From: Utricularia gibba
Taxonomy: Eukaryota; Plantae; Magnoliophyta
NCBI GenBank assembly: GCA_002189035.1
Contig: CM007990.1
Coordinates: forward strand, 806,001-870,000
Direction of reading: 5' to 3'
Length of the DNA: 64,000 nt
The first letter of the stretch is position 1. The number at the start of each line of letters is the position of its first letter. The translations under genes and the position numbers were made by a program. Positions 44,966 through 58,660 of the stretch are shown here, piece after piece. Below the pieces are notes generated by a model, which saw nothing but the letters and a program-made list of their open reading frames with translations, searched no databases and was not told where the DNA came from.

Positions 44966-47900
44966 ATGGAGGAAGCCCGAAGCACTGGGAACCAGCGTCC
45001 GAGCCTGGACTCTCGCAACGTTCTTGTTACAGGGAAGCCGATTCGCGCATCCGTTGAGGCTTCCGTTCCGGCGGCGAATCTTAAGAGGCCGCGTAGCGAC
45101 GCGGTAGTGGAAGGGGAGTCGGGATCCACGGGTGATGTACCGGATGCGAAGAGGCGCGTGAAGGCGATTCATGATGTTGTTTATCGTATTGTAGTGCCGC
45201 CGAAGCAGATTGGTAAGGTCATAGGAAGAGCGGGTCATCGTATTCAGAAGATTCGGGAGGATGCTAAAGCTACGATTAAGATTGCGGACACCATTGGCGT
45301 GAGTGGATTAATGACAACTTCATTTTTTGCTTATGCTTCGGGTTGCTTGGGGATTTGATAATAAGTGATCTTTTTTACAGTTTTTATTCGTAACCAAGGC
45401 CATATTTATTCTTATCGATGGATAAATGCTGTTTTCTGAATTATACTGAACCAGATAAGACATGGTTTAGGCCTTGGGTGGGGGGTGGGGGGGAGGAGAT
45501 TATGGAGAAAGATCTTCAACTTGATTTTTTTATTTAAGGTGCAGTAAGATCTCTCTGGACGTAATTTATTCATTTGATGCAATGGCGCTTTAGAAGTTTG
45601 GGGTGAGCAAGAATGGGCCGTATCTATCTTTTAATGTATGTTACATGCTGGTATTGCGCCATTGAAATTTGATGGAATGGCTTGAATTAACATGACAAAC
45701 TACTTACAAAGCCATTTACTTCCTCTACTTTTGTCTTTTGCTTGACAGACAGGGAACTATGTTTATAATGGATTCTGGACTTAGATCATTAAGACGGGTC
45801 AGGTCTATGTGTCTGTTCGGATTCTACACCCTCCTGGAACTTTTCAAATGGTTTCGGGAACTGATTCGTGTTAGGTTCAGCACAATAACAATTGTATTTA
45901 GGTCAGACATGCCCCCTTCTTTATCTGGAAATGATTTCATCCCCTCCCCACCATTTCCCTCCCCTTTCTCTACTTTCAATCTCGGTTCTTTCTTTTTCTA
46001 TTGAAAGAGCCATCCCCTGCCCCGCCCCTCCCACGCTGTGCTCCGTCGGCAGTTTCCATTTTCCAGTCTGCTTTTTTTTTTTTTTTTTTGTGTGTTCCAT
46101 TTTATTCTACTTTTTTGGTATTATATGCATTGGTGATTTTCAGAGGACTTGTATTTGCTGTTGACGGGATACAATTCCTGAGTTGATGGGCAAATGCTTA
46201 TGCCTTATAGCCCATCCCCACCCCATAGTGCCACATTTCTCGAAGCAATGATGTTGACTGGGTGTTTCAGATTCTGATCCTGTAATGTGTTGTCAAATGG
46301 AAATTTATGGTTTTACCGTTTTTTTAAATCCTACTCTAGCCTTAAGTTGATTCTAATGCAATTGTTTATTTTTTGAATAAATTTCATTTTGTACTGCTAT
46401 GATATATTTCTTTTTGTGAAAGCTGAACTTTGGCTATATGTTGCACAGCGGCATGAAGAAAGGGTAATTATTATCAGTTCCAAGGACAATGAGAACACTT
46501 TCTCAGATGCTGAGAATGCCCTGCATCAAATTGTGAGCCTAATACTCAAGGTTGTAAGAGAAAACTTCTGAAATTTTAGTGAGCATCAGTAGTCCTTTGA
46601 ACATACAATATTCATATAAATTTTCAATTACTCTCAGGATGATGTTGGCGACTTGGATGCGGTGAAAATTGGCCCTGGACACATCACAGCTAACACTGTG
46701 AGGCTTTTGATTGCGGGATGTCAGGCAGGTGGTTTGATTGGGGTTTCTGGTCAGAACATAGAGAACCTTAGGAGTGCATCTGGAGCGATGATTACTGTTC
46801 TTTCTCCGAGTCAAATGCCTCCGTGTGCATCCGCCCATGAGTCAGATCGTATTGTACAGGTTGTCCGCACGTTCACTCAACAACATTTAAACATGAGTTT
46901 GCGTATTTCTCATTTACCTCCCTCTTGCTTTCCTGTAAAAAATGATAATATTTATGAAGTACCTTTTCGTATTATTTTCTCTTTCATGCTAGTTTTAGTT
47001 CCTATTTATTCCCGTCTGGGGTGTCCTTAAGGTTGCTGTTGCCGCAGATATCCGGAGACGTTCCTGCTGTTTTGAGGGCTGTGGTGGAAATAGGATGCCA
47101 GCTCAGGTAGCTGCTATTTCTTTCTTTGATTTCTATGCGAGTCTACTTAATTCTTTCTCACCTACCCTGTAGGGATAATCCACCTAAACAAGTAATATCC
47201 ATCAGCCCAACTAATGATGTTGGGCTTCATAAGCAGCCTCAACAGTACGTGGATCCCAACTCAGGTAGTGAAAAACTTTCCACGAGCATTACTTTCATGT
47301 GAACGTGTTTAATAGTATATTCTTGTTTTGTATAAAAACTTTGCGTCACATTTGTTGTCAGCTGATTATGCAACCCTGGACCTTCTGGTACCTGAAAATC
47401 TGGTTGGTGGATTGATTGGAAGGTTTGGTGCCAATATTTCTCGGATCAGGAACGAATCTGGAGCAAATATCAAGGTGGAATTCTGATCTTCGAAACGGCA
47501 CTTATTAAGCATATCACTTTCCACTCGGGTGTCATGTGTGGGTGCAAGTTACTGTGCATTATCATGGGCATCATTGTCTTCTACAGGTTTATGGCGGGAG
47601 AGGTGAACAAACACAGCGGCAAATTCATTTAAGCGGCAGCGCCCAGCAGGTTAATCCTGTTCTCATTCTTACCTTCGATGAATTATGAATCAAGTTTATA
47701 CACCTGCATTCTTGACAATACTGATCCTCCATCAGGTTGCTCTCGCAAAACAAAGAGTTGATGAATATGCATACGCCGAGCTGATGCGTCAAGCCGGTGG
47801 CCAATTGATGCACTCCCACCTGACTACCCAATCCACCATGTAAGTGATAATAAGTTTCTCAACACCCCCACCCCTCCTGCACACACGTCGAGTCGAAGTA

Positions 47901-48199
47901 GGTACCAACAATCTCTCTTTTTTTTTTGCAGGCCAGAGATGCTGAGTACTCTATACCCCAGATACAGCCATCTCCAAAGCTTCTACGCTGCCAGGTTCAC
48001 ATCTCAGCACCCTCATTTCATTCAAGGTTACCATTTTTCACCCCATCATTCCCCTGGTTCTCACAGCGCTCAGCAAATGGGGTTGGTCGCCACAATCCCA
48101 GCCCTTTACACTCCAACTGCAGTCAACCAGGGGCCGGTCGCCTATCCTTCATCTTCATCGCTCTCCAACCATGATCCTGCTTACTACACAAACCAGTAG
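44966..48199 (+). CDS. KH-domain RNA-binding protein with three KH domains, ~9 exons
   Basis: IGKVIGRAGHRI, AGGLIGVSGQNI and VGGLIGRFGANI GxxG loops; GT-AG junctions are traceable. Confidence 0.9.
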
Positions 48200-49088
48200 C
48201 TGCCTGATCCCCGCCGATCATCACTGTAAAGATTCATCCTCAGCCGTGTGCAGGTGAATGCCCCTTTCTGCTGTGGTGTGGTTTGTCTATATGCTTTCTA
48301 GTTTATCGGTAATTCAGCACCTTCCTGATATGGTGCATCCGTACACATCGTCCCCATGTGCCCTAAGCTGCTACACTATCCTCAAAATTGTCTGAACAAC
48401 CCCAGGGACCCAACTATTCTAACATGATGACGTTTGCTCTGTCCATCTTTTTTGTGTCCAAAAAAAAAAAAAGCAAAAATCCTTTTCGTTTATGATAATT
48501 ATCCCTGTAATTAATTAAAAATGAATTTATTTAATCTAAGTGTTGAATAATTGTATACGAAATCGCCGCCATTTAAAAGGGTTTTTAGTCGTCTTCTTGA
48601 TTAGCGAGAGATTAGAAGAAGCAGACAGATGAGGAAGAGAGATGAAAGAGGAAACGCCGATGCCGCCGCCCCTGTGCTTTTGTATGACGTTACCTTGAAC
48701 AGATAATGAATATGCTCTCTGGGATGCTCTGGGAATCTGCTTTTCTTCATCCTTGACCATACGTGTATAGCTGTGTTGTACCCTTTTTTTTTTGTTTTTT
48801 TGTTCGGAGGAGTTTTTACGTGGGTTTTTGTGTTACAGACAAATCGTGGTCCAGAAGATGCGGAATCTCTGTTCTGCCTGGGATTTGGTTTATTGGGGCT
48901 GTCGAATTTTTAGTATTCAGGAGTAGGTGGTTGGGTTCTCTGGGTATTGGGATTTTTTTTTTCTTTTCGAATTGGGTTTGGGTAAAGGGGGCTTCTTGGT
49001 GTTCGTTCGTGGAAAGCATCTGATCTTTGCGTATTTCAGAAATTGGTTTCTGAATTTTCTGATTATCAGTCAGAAGGGGGTATAAAAA

Positions 49089-51297
49089 ATGTATATTGAG
49101 GAGTTGAAGGAAGGGGGTGCCGAGTCAGCTGAGGACCAAGTGGCGCATATTCATCCTTTTGCTGGCGCTGTTGCTGTTTGGAACCCAAAGAGGGTTTTGG
49201 TTGGAGCTGGTGCTCGTGTGCTTTTCTATCCCACCTTGCTATATAACGTTGTCAGAAACAAGATCCAGCCTGAGTTTCGTTGGTGGGATAGGGTTGATGA
49301 GGTAGTGAATTTGTGTCAGCCTGTGATCTAATCTAGCCGTAGGTTTGGAGCTAGTTGCTATTGAGCAGTTTGTTAGTTTTGTGGACTTACCTCTCAATAT
49401 GCTTATTGCGAAAGACAATTAGGGATTTTGCTTGTCTTTATGATGTGTTAAATTTGTCATATGCAACCGAGATAAAAGTGATTTTCAAAATCAAAAAAGC
49501 ATCAAGGCCTTTGGTGGAGCGTTATTACATATTTCCTAAATGCAGTCTAATGTTTTCTCACATCGGTTTTAATTTTCTGAATCTTTTTTTGACTGCCCTG
49601 CTTAATATGGTGTGTGTAGTTTGTGTTGTTCACCTCTTGTTACATTCATTGCTACCAACTGCTTGTGTGTGCAGTAAGAGATGTATGCCCTAAAATGTCA
49701 TTTATTATGGAGTTTTTTGTTTGCGAATTTTCATTTGCTGATTTGCACAGTTTCTTAAGTGCAATTATCTAGTATGCGTTGTGTTGACTTCAAGTTTTTC
49801 CCAGTTTCTTTTGCTTGGAGCTGTTCCTTTTCCTACTGATATTCCTCGCTTGAAGGCCCTTGGTGTATGTGGAGTTGTTACCCTGAATGAACCATATGAG
49901 ACACTTGTTTCGACTTCACTGTACCGTGTAAGATGTAGTTTATGCATATTCTTATGATTTTCCACTGGAATAAATCGGGGGTGTGCAGCTTTGAAAAATG
50001 AAAATTTGAGTAACAAGTCAAACGATAGAGTATTTCTGTTGAGAGAAGCCAAAAGCATGTGAATGTTTAATACAGCAGCAGATTTTGGTGAAAAGTGAAA
50101 AATATAATTTGGCGGTTTTGCAGACATGATTCATTTAGAGATGATTGAGCTTGTCTTGCAATCAGATTTTCTATCATGGATTCATTAAAATCTGCATTTT
50201 ACTTATCTGAATAGAAGGTTCTGCACAGATTTCCATGAATCCGTGGTGGAAAATTCGGTTGCAGGACAAGTTCATTCTCTTGTATAAATGTGCTTCGCAG
50301 ATTTTGTATTCATGTTGGAGTACAGCATTCAGTTAAAACTGATAGCATTTTCAAATCCTTCGTCTTCATGACCTTCACATATGTAAAATGAATTAGCTGC
50401 TTATGTTTTCTTATGCTGACTGTAGCATCATTGCATCGATCACTTGGTTATTCCTACCAGAGATTATCTTTTTGCTCCGGTTCTCCAGGATATCTGCCAA
50501 GCTGTAGAGTTTATCCACAGTAAGTTGCATAAACAACCATTTGTGCTTTGATTCCCAACTTCCATGTGTATACTGTTGTTTCAGGGAACTCCCTTTCTGG
50601 GAAAACAACATATGTTCATTGTAAGGCCGGCCGAGGACGCAGCACTACTATCGTACTATGTTACCTGGTATTCTTCATCTGATGCTGAAAATATCCAGCA
50701 CAGCAGAGCATGAGTTTTCCATCTTTGACATTGTTTCCCCCATCTGAAACCCTTTGGTGTAACAGGTGAAACACAAGGAGATGACGCCTGAGGCTGCATA
50801 CGAATATGTCCGCTCCATAAGGCCAAGGATCATGTTGGCATCATCCCAATGGAAGGTATGAACATGTCTCCTGGAGTCATATTGGTATTTCCATCATCTG
50901 ATTGCAGACCACTGAATGGCTGTCACAAACGCAGGCCGTTCAAGACTATTACCTTGGATTGAAGCAACCCAAGGCGGCCGATGCGTTCGACGACATTCTG
51001 GTTTGCAATTCTCCAAGCTTCCCCTACAAAGCAGTTCCAGATGATCTGGATTACAGTTCCTTGGTGCTGATCACTCAATCCGACCTCGATGGCTATGTGG
51101 AAGACAAACCAGTTGGCGGTACAGATAACCAGAAGAGGCTTGCTGAAGCAGCAAACCTTGCTTGCAGGGTGCAGTATGCTCGTCATGCAGCCAAGTCCAG
51201 GCTTTCATGTCTATGGCTGCGAGGCCAAAAGGCACCAAGCAAAGAGATCACCAGCCCCGTGAGGAGCAGCATCGGTGTAGACATTCGTGTTTGTTGA
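49089..51297 (+). CDS. Dual-specificity phosphatase of the PTPMT1/DSP8 (phosphatidylglycerophosphate phosphatase) family, 6 exons
   Basis: GAGARVLFYPTLLYNV, LLGAVPFP, TLNEPYE and the catalytic VHCKAGRGRST (CX5R). Confidence 0.92.
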
Positions 51298-52282
51298 TGG
51301 CAAACAAACACACAAACGGAGGTGATGCTTCTTTCATCCCCATCCAGGTGAATGAAAAATAAAAATGGGGTTCTTTTTTTCCCGCTTCGCCGTTGATGTT
51401 TTTGCGATTCAAGGAAGTGAATCATCAAACCCTTGGTGCTGTTTGGCTGAAGATGCTGCTTGTATTGGAATGTCTGACCTGCTACTGCTTTCTGTAACTT
51501 TTGTTTGTGTGGTGCACAGTAACAGAACGTCAATCAAAAGGCAATCTTCACCATCCGTCAGCCTTGATCAAACTCAACAGAAACGCAGACAGTTTTCCCG
51601 ATTATTTTTGAAAATTAATCATCTTTGATTTTTATTTCATGCACAAACTATTTTTTTTATACATGTGATATTTATTTTTCTCACATATTAAAACTAATAT
51701 GATTATTTTTTTAATACATGTCGATTTTCGCCACGTGCGATTCGAAGTGGGTTCCACTCACGTAAACTCTCTTTTTAAAGAAAAAATAATATCCAATTTT
51801 TTTCGAAACATTTCTACTTATTTTAATTCAAGTTGCGTAAATAAAATTCAAGTTTTGATTTGATTTTTTTTCTAGAACAACAATAATGAAGAATTTTTTT
51901 TAATAAAATATAAAAAATAAGAAATATTTTAATTTTTTTCATTTTTTGATGCTCGTATTTAATAATAAAACTAATTTTAAGCGTTGAAGTTATTTTTAAC
52001 CTTACACTTTAATCTTGGACCTTGGAATGTATATATACATCACTAGGGTTTCTAGATCCTTCTAGACATTCGAAGGTTCGAATATCATGGGCCTAATTAA
52101 CTGGGCCGTAATCACTTGAAAACGTTCCAATCAGGCGTCATAAGGGTTATTTTGTATTGATTCCGCAATTGGGTTTTTGATTGGCCCGGGTAAGTACTTG
52201 AAGCCCATTTTATGTTACACGCTTCTCCTCTAGCTCGCCGGATGCAGATTGCCGACGCTGTCTCCGGCGGCTGCCCAATGTC

Positions 52283-54958
52283 ATGTCGGCAGCCTGCGGC
52301 ATTTTTACGAAGGATCTCAAGTTCAGCCTATTGCGGTCTCTCGTTCACCGAACTTTTTTGGAAGTGCTGTTTGTTCCTCTCCAAAGGCAGGGGATTAGTT
52401 TTCAGTTGATACCGGTAGCTTATTTTGGGAGCTCTAGTACGATTCAGGTTGCTTCGGGTTTCGAATTTATTGAACAGATTTCACCGTTGGACCGTAATCT
52501 CGTTAGTTCAACCTCGAGGACGATTCCGGTTGCTGGGAGTTTTGATTTTCTTCAGCAACTTTCACCATTAGACCGTAATTTCGTTACCTCAATCGATGAT
52601 TTTATAAATGCAAATGAAAGACGCAGGCTTGCCGTTGCACTTTCGAGTATTGTTAAAGAGGGAAACGGGGATGTTTTATTGAGGTTTTCTAGTGAATTTT
52701 GTAGTTTTAACCTTGTACAGATGATGAAACTACTGCCGGATCGGCAGCTTGCGATCGCATTTTTCAGATGTGTGTTTACTGATCATTCGAAAAGTGTGGT
52801 TCAAAGATGTTGTCGGGCTGTGTGTATATTAGATTCTGAAGATTTTAGGTTTCTAGCACAAGATTTGCTCACATGGGTGATCCGTGCTATAGGAGAACAG
52901 AGGAGTCATGAAGAAGTATGGCACGAATTTCGTGAGACTTGGTTTGATTTTCACATTCTAGATACACTAATGCGCGCCTTTGTAAATGCAGAAATGGCAT
53001 CTACTGCTCTGGAAGTTATTTCCAGGATTAGAGAAGTTGGTTATAGGCCCTCTATATCAGCGGTTTGTGTTTTACTAAAATTGCTATTTAACTCTGGTGC
53101 GTTTAGTAGTGCGTGGAAGCTCTTAAGAGAGATGATCCATAAGGGGCCTGTGCCTTCACTTTATGTGTACAATATGATGATTCTTGGATTTTGTAGAAAG
53201 GGGAGCATTTGTATTGGAGAAAGCTTGTTGTATGTCATGAGAAAGTTTCGATGTGAACCTGATGTCTATACCTATAATATTCTGATCAATGCATATTGTG
53301 TCAGGGGTCGGACACAGGATGCATTACAGTGGTTACAGTTAATGGTTGAATGTGGTTGCAGCCCCAGTTCTGCTACCTTTAGCACACTCATATCTGCATT
53401 TTCCAAAGAGGGTAATATTATGGAAGCAAGAAAAATCTTTGATCAAACGCAAGAAATGGGTGTGCTTCCTCACACTGTATTGTATAATGCTATGATGGAT
53501 GGCTACGTGAAGGCCAGAGAGATTGGCCTTGCAAAAATGCTTTATCAAGAAATGAAGAGCAAGGGTGTGGCTCCTGACAGCGTGTCTTTCAACATTTTAG
53601 CATCCGGTCTTTGCAAGTATTCCAAGGAGGTGATCAATGATACGTATCTGATGAACTTATCACATGATAGATGTATTTCAGGACTATGTTGGGCAGGGAT
53701 GCTTGATGAAGCTTCAGAACTCTTGGAAGATTTGCTTGAGAAAGGTGTGCCTCTTACAGTATTTTCGTTTAACACCTTAATCGATGCTTTCGCCAAAGCT
53801 GGCTTCTCTGGGAAAGCTTTTGATACGTATGAAAAAATGGTGGAATATGGACAAACTCCTTCTGCTTCCACATTTTCTTCACTACTACTAAGTTTATGCA
53901 AAATTGGAATGGTAGAAAAAGCTAGATCCTGTATGTATGAGATGATACAAAAGGGGTATCCCCTAAGCAAAGTCGCTGTTACGAATGTTCTAGACAGCTA
54001 TTTCAAGGAAGGTGACTTTGATGGAGCTCAGGGTCTATGGGATCAAATGCATATGCTGGGGATGGCTCCTGATGCTGTTGCCTTTTCTGCTTTTATTGAC
54101 GGTCTTTGTAAGGAGGGTTTTGCTGAGGAGGCATATGGCTCGCTCTCAAGGATGATTCGAAGTGGACTTGTGCCCAACAACTTTGTCTACAATTCTTTGA
54201 TCTTCGGTTTCTGCAGTCAAGGAAAACTAGATGATGCTTTGAAGCTAGAGTGTGAGATGAGGGAGAGAGGATTGGTACCAGACGTTATAACCTTCAACAT
54301 TATCATCAGTGGCTTCTGTAAACAGGGAAAGATGAAGGAAGCCATGCATGCCTACAAGAAGTTGCACCAGCGTGGATTCATCCCTGATGTGGTAACATAC
54401 AACACTCTGATCTCTGGATACTGCAAGCAGTTCGACATGCTTGCTGCTGAGGACTTGGCCAACACCATGAGGTACACAGGCCAGCCCCCTGATATCACAA
54501 CCTACAACATTCAGATTCATGGTTACTGCAGAAGCCAGAGGATGGATCAAGCCATTGTGGCGTTTGAAAGTTTAGCATCTGTTGGGATAGTCCCAGATAA
54601 GGTTACCTATAACACTCTTATGACCGGTGTGTGCCATGATATACTTGAGCGTGCAATGATGCTGACAGCAAAGTTCCTTAAACTGGGGTTTTTACCAAAT
54701 CTGGTCACAGCCAACATGCTGTTGTCGAACTTGCGCAAGCAAGGGCTGCCTCGGCAGGCGTTGATGTGGGCGCAACGACTGAGGGAAGTTTCTTTCGAGT
54801 TTGATGAGATAACTCATGGCATATTGGAGGATGCATCCCGTGATTTAGAGAGTGGTGTGGAGTACAGAGAAGAAATGGTAGCCAGGGGGCACTTGCTGGA
54901 CTTTCTGATGCGCATAACGTATGATTTCATCCAGAAAAGCAAGACTGGGTCTGGGTAA
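52283..54958 (+). CDS. P-class pentatricopeptide repeat protein, 891 aa, intronless
   Basis: Tandem ~35-aa repeats such as PDVYTYNILINAYC, PDVITFNIIISGFCKQG and PDVVTYNTLISGYC. Confidence 0.96.
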   Translation: MSAACGIFTKDLKFSLLRSLVHRTFLEVLFVPLQRQGISFQLIPVAYFGSSSTIQVASGFEFIEQISPLDRNLVSSTSRTIPVAGSFDFLQQLSPLDRNFVTSIDDFINANERRRLAVALSSIVKEGNGDVLLRFSSEFCSFNLVQMMKLLPDRQLAIAFFRCVFTDHSKSVVQRCCRAVCILDSEDFRFLAQDLLTWVIRAIGEQRSHEEVWHEFRETWFDFHILDTLMRAFVNAEMASTALEVISRIREVGYRPSISAVCVLLKLLFNSGAFSSAWKLLREMIHKGPVPSLYVYNMMILGFCRKGSICIGESLLYVMRKFRCEPDVYTYNILINAYCVRGRTQDALQWLQLMVECGCSPSSATFSTLISAFSKEGNIMEARKIFDQTQEMGVLPHTVLYNAMMDGYVKAREIGLAKMLYQEMKSKGVAPDSVSFNILASGLCKYSKEVINDTYLMNLSHDRCISGLCWAGMLDEASELLEDLLEKGVPLTVFSFNTLIDAFAKAGFSGKAFDTYEKMVEYGQTPSASTFSSLLLSLCKIGMVEKARSCMYEMIQKGYPLSKVAVTNVLDSYFKEGDFDGAQGLWDQMHMLGMAPDAVAFSAFIDGLCKEGFAEEAYGSLSRMIRSGLVPNNFVYNSLIFGFCSQGKLDDALKLECEMRERGLVPDVITFNIIISGFCKQGKMKEAMHAYKKLHQRGFIPDVVTYNTLISGYCKQFDMLAAEDLANTMRYTGQPPDITTYNIQIHGYCRSQRMDQAIVAFESLASVGIVPDKVTYNTLMTGVCHDILERAMMLTAKFLKLGFLPNLVTANMLLSNLRKQGLPRQALMWAQRLREVSFEFDEITHGILEDASRDLESGVEYREEMVARGHLLDFLMRITYDFIQKSKTGSG

Positions 54959-55885
54959 AAAAAAAAATTAAACCTTGCCAATGATCCTCCAAGCAAGGGT
55001 CTATAAGCATTCGAAATTGAGGCATTTATCTTTCAGAAGACATGGATGAGAGTAACGGCTTCTGGATGCCCCTGCAGCATCCTGTTCATTTTTGAATCAG
55101 TTGTTAGAAGGTAATGCCCATTTGAGTAACTATACTGTTTTCTTACTCGTTCTTAATGGCTTCTGGATACGGCTGCTACCTCCGGCAGCACACCAGGATG
55201 GAAGTTTTTCTAGGACTTCTGGATGACGATTACACCGTTTCATCCGGTTGTCATCTTCCTCCTCGTTCAGGAATTCTCGTTTCCCCTGGTCGCTGATGCA
55301 GACTGGAATCCTGGAGAGGCAGAGAAAGATCAGTGTTACAAGATTAATAGACTGGGATTCCAGGAGGCGCCATCAGCAGGTTCCATTGTTTGTGTTTATC
55401 ACTGTCTGCCGATTTCTTTGTCCCTATATAACAGCAACTTTTTGTCTTCTTTGGGGTGTGCTACAGCTGCAGAGAAACCAAGCAAGCATACGGAAAAGTT
55501 TGATGAACACATGATTTTACTCTGGGTGAAAATCTGCAGATGGTGTCTGCGCATTGGACGTTGGAAAGTTAGATGGCCATCCCTGAAACCTTGAACTTCG
55601 TCAACATTTCTTCTGTACTACAGGATAGATGTAGTTTGACAAGAATGACACAATTCAAAGTGTTAACAGGGCAGGGCAAACAATGCTGCTATACATAAAC
55701 AATCATACTCGAAATTTTTTCAAAGACATTCATCCTGTATAGAATATAAAGTATGGATAATAAGTCCAAGCTACAGAAACGCGACGGAGCTAAACCTAAT
55801 CAGCGTTCCACATCATTCACAACACAGGAATAATCCAAATGCCAAGGTGGCAGGGAAGAAAGGAGATAATGCAGCGGCAAGCTCA

Positions 55886-57717
55886 TCATAGAGAAAAAGG
55901 CCTGGAGTATACGTCAAATGCTTGGCAAGACGTTAGTTGAGGCTCCTGCAGGAACAACAACAACAACTTGTAATGCTAGTAAAAGAAAAGCTGCAGCATT
56001 GAGAGGGGCTTTGTGCTGTGATAAATCCACTTAGACGATTGTTGAAGTAAATAAGGAACCAGATTTTGGATCAAATAGTTGGAGGCAAGAACGGAAAATT
56101 AGGTGGGCTGATCGACAATCAGCTTTGGTGAAAGTCTAAAATGTAAATCCAGACGCATCACTTGCTAAAGACAAACCAAAACGTGCCAAGTGATTTGAGG
56201 GAAAGAGCATAGAATCACCTGTCTTAAGCCACCCGTGCTTAAACTACCTCCTGTGATGAGCATAGTCAAAAGAGACGTTACCACACCACCTCCAAGGTCA
56301 GGAGTTGAACCCCCAGCATCTCGAATTGCTGTTCGCATTGCATTTAACATGCTACCATACGTGGCTGCGTTGCCTCCACGTTCAATCGCTTGAATAAAGC
56401 AGAAAGTCATGGCTCCTGTTGAAGTGATTTTTGACAGAGCCTGTGAGGCAAAAATGAACCGGATTGGGTTGTGTTCAGATAACATCTATGATCAACGCAA
56501 TTTATACGCAGTGATAATGTATTGCTTACAGATGTGTCAGCTGAAGTCTGATCATCATTACAGCCGCTGAAAGAAATTACCTCCCCACCATTTGTGCCTT
56601 TCCAAACCCCTGATCGTGGCCGATGATCTTCCCACGCATACTGTCCACTCCTGTTTGCCATTTCCATAATTATCAAACATGCCACTCATGTTTCAATAAA
56701 CAGCAATCTCTCACCGGTTCATCCTGCAAAGAAAGGGCAAATCCAGAACTGTCCCGCTGTGGCAAGCGTCTATTATGGCATGAAGCTTGACACCAGCAGG
56801 AAGAGGTCTGACGATAGTTGCATTAATCTCGTCATCTACAAGCATGCCCTGTGTTTCAAAGTCAAGAGGGCATAAGGTTTCATCATATCCATCAACCTCA
56901 TCTCCATTGTAGTTCCTTTGTCTCGAACCATGACCCGAGTAGTGGAAAACCAAGGAATCGCCTGGCTGGCATCCTTGCACAAGCCAAAACAGCGCCATAC
57001 GCATGTTTTGCTTCGTCGGAATTCTGTATGGGTCAGTTTCTTCTTCTGCATTTAAATTTATTTTTTTCAAACTCACTTGAAAACGAAACATATGCTGTGA
57101 AAATAGCCATCAATCTTTCTCCTGTAGGTAACATCAGCATATGCTATCTGCATCTTCTATACTAAAACAACAACCTTTCTATCCGTAGAGGCGAAACACA
57201 ACCCCAAAAGAAGGCCGACATACAGTAATCTTCACCCATATCGTGAAAAAATTTTCATAGCCGTGTCAATTTGCGAAGCCTATATCATGATAGCAATATA
57301 ACAGGAACAAGCATGTATTACAGAAAATTTATCACGGAAAACGACAGTACCCTCTCCTCTTACCTGTTAGCATGAGTATGGACGATTCCGGAAATCGAAA
57401 CTTGTTGATGAGAAGATACTTCATGCACTTGGCATCATTAATGCATCCTTTCAGCTCATGGCGGGAGAACCTATAAGATATGCCGACGATCACAGCTCTC
57501 TTGCGGCCTTGAGGACTGGGTGAGGCCCCATGCGGAGCGTGGAAGTACGGCGACGGAGGAACCGGCGGCCCTGGATTCGTCGCCGCGTGAGAAGATGGCC
57601 CGTTGCGTGGATCGGCTATGCGCGTTACGGCATGACAAAGAGCGCATCGAATCGAAGCAGCCCCGGGGGTAACTGCAATGGGGTGCGACAATTGGAGCAA
57701 TTCACAAGCATGTACAT
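55886..57717 (-). CDS. MC1: Type I metacaspase (LSD1 zinc finger plus caspase-like domain), 5 exons. As given, it carries a 1-nt frameshift at ~57661-57669.
   Basis: MYMLVNCSNCRTPLQLPP^GAASIRCALC, LKGCINDAKCM, LVFHYSGHG, DACHSG. Exons 57717-57364, 57045-56715, 56650-56530, 56440-56219, 55945-55886. Confidence 0.92.
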
Positions 57718-58660
57718 CTCGAAGCTCCGGTGAATCCGACGACGCGACGAAGACCTTTGATCGGAAAACCCAAGGGAATTTCACGAAACCGCCGTTGAAT
57801 GAAACGCCAACTTTTCCAAGCGTTGAAAGTTGTCGAATCTTGGGCCGTAAAGGCAACAAGTTCATGCCCCCACTTCAAATGACGTAACTACCCTTTTCCC
57901 GCGTCAGAATTATCTCCTGCTAACATGTAGGGGACGGCAACCCTCCACGGTAGCCTTTTATGTTGGTCTAGTAACAATCTGGTAATTATTACGCATGACA
58001 TCAGCATTTAAAAAAACAGGATTAAACCAAACCATTTTGAATTTGATCATCATTTAAACCACTGCCGGGTTCCCTTTCCCCACCCAAACAGACTGCCTGA
58101 TGCACCTTACTCAAGACTTTCATCTTGACATAAATAAAGAAGCAAAACACAGGCAAAAAAAGGTGATGGAATACGAAGTAGAATCAACCTAGAGTTTTAC
58201 ATGTACTGCATGGATATGAAACTTATGTGCACATTCCCCAGGACAATTCAAGAAGTTGATTCCCAGTGAAATCCCCATTTTCTGTCCCTTCTCTGGGGTT
58301 GAGATCAAAAGCAGGCAGTTAACCTAGTGAAAGATCTCTCATACAGGGAACAGCATACATGGAATGGAACTAAAAGTTTAGCTGAAAATAGATTTGCAGC
58401 AAAGGCGATCTCTTCAGAGAACATATATGGGTAGATACTTCTCAACATGGAATGAATGAAAAGATTATAAGGTCTGAGAACTCTGGATGTGAAACCTGCA
58501 CGACCTTCATGCTAAGAGATGATCATCCGATACGCTTGGCAACATGGAGACTCGGTGAGCCGCGTGGCTAGTCAACAACTTTTACACTGAAGCAGCCAGA
58601 TGAGTGCCATTCACATGAAGTGGAATCACAGACTGCAGGTGTTTTATGTGACCTTGATCT

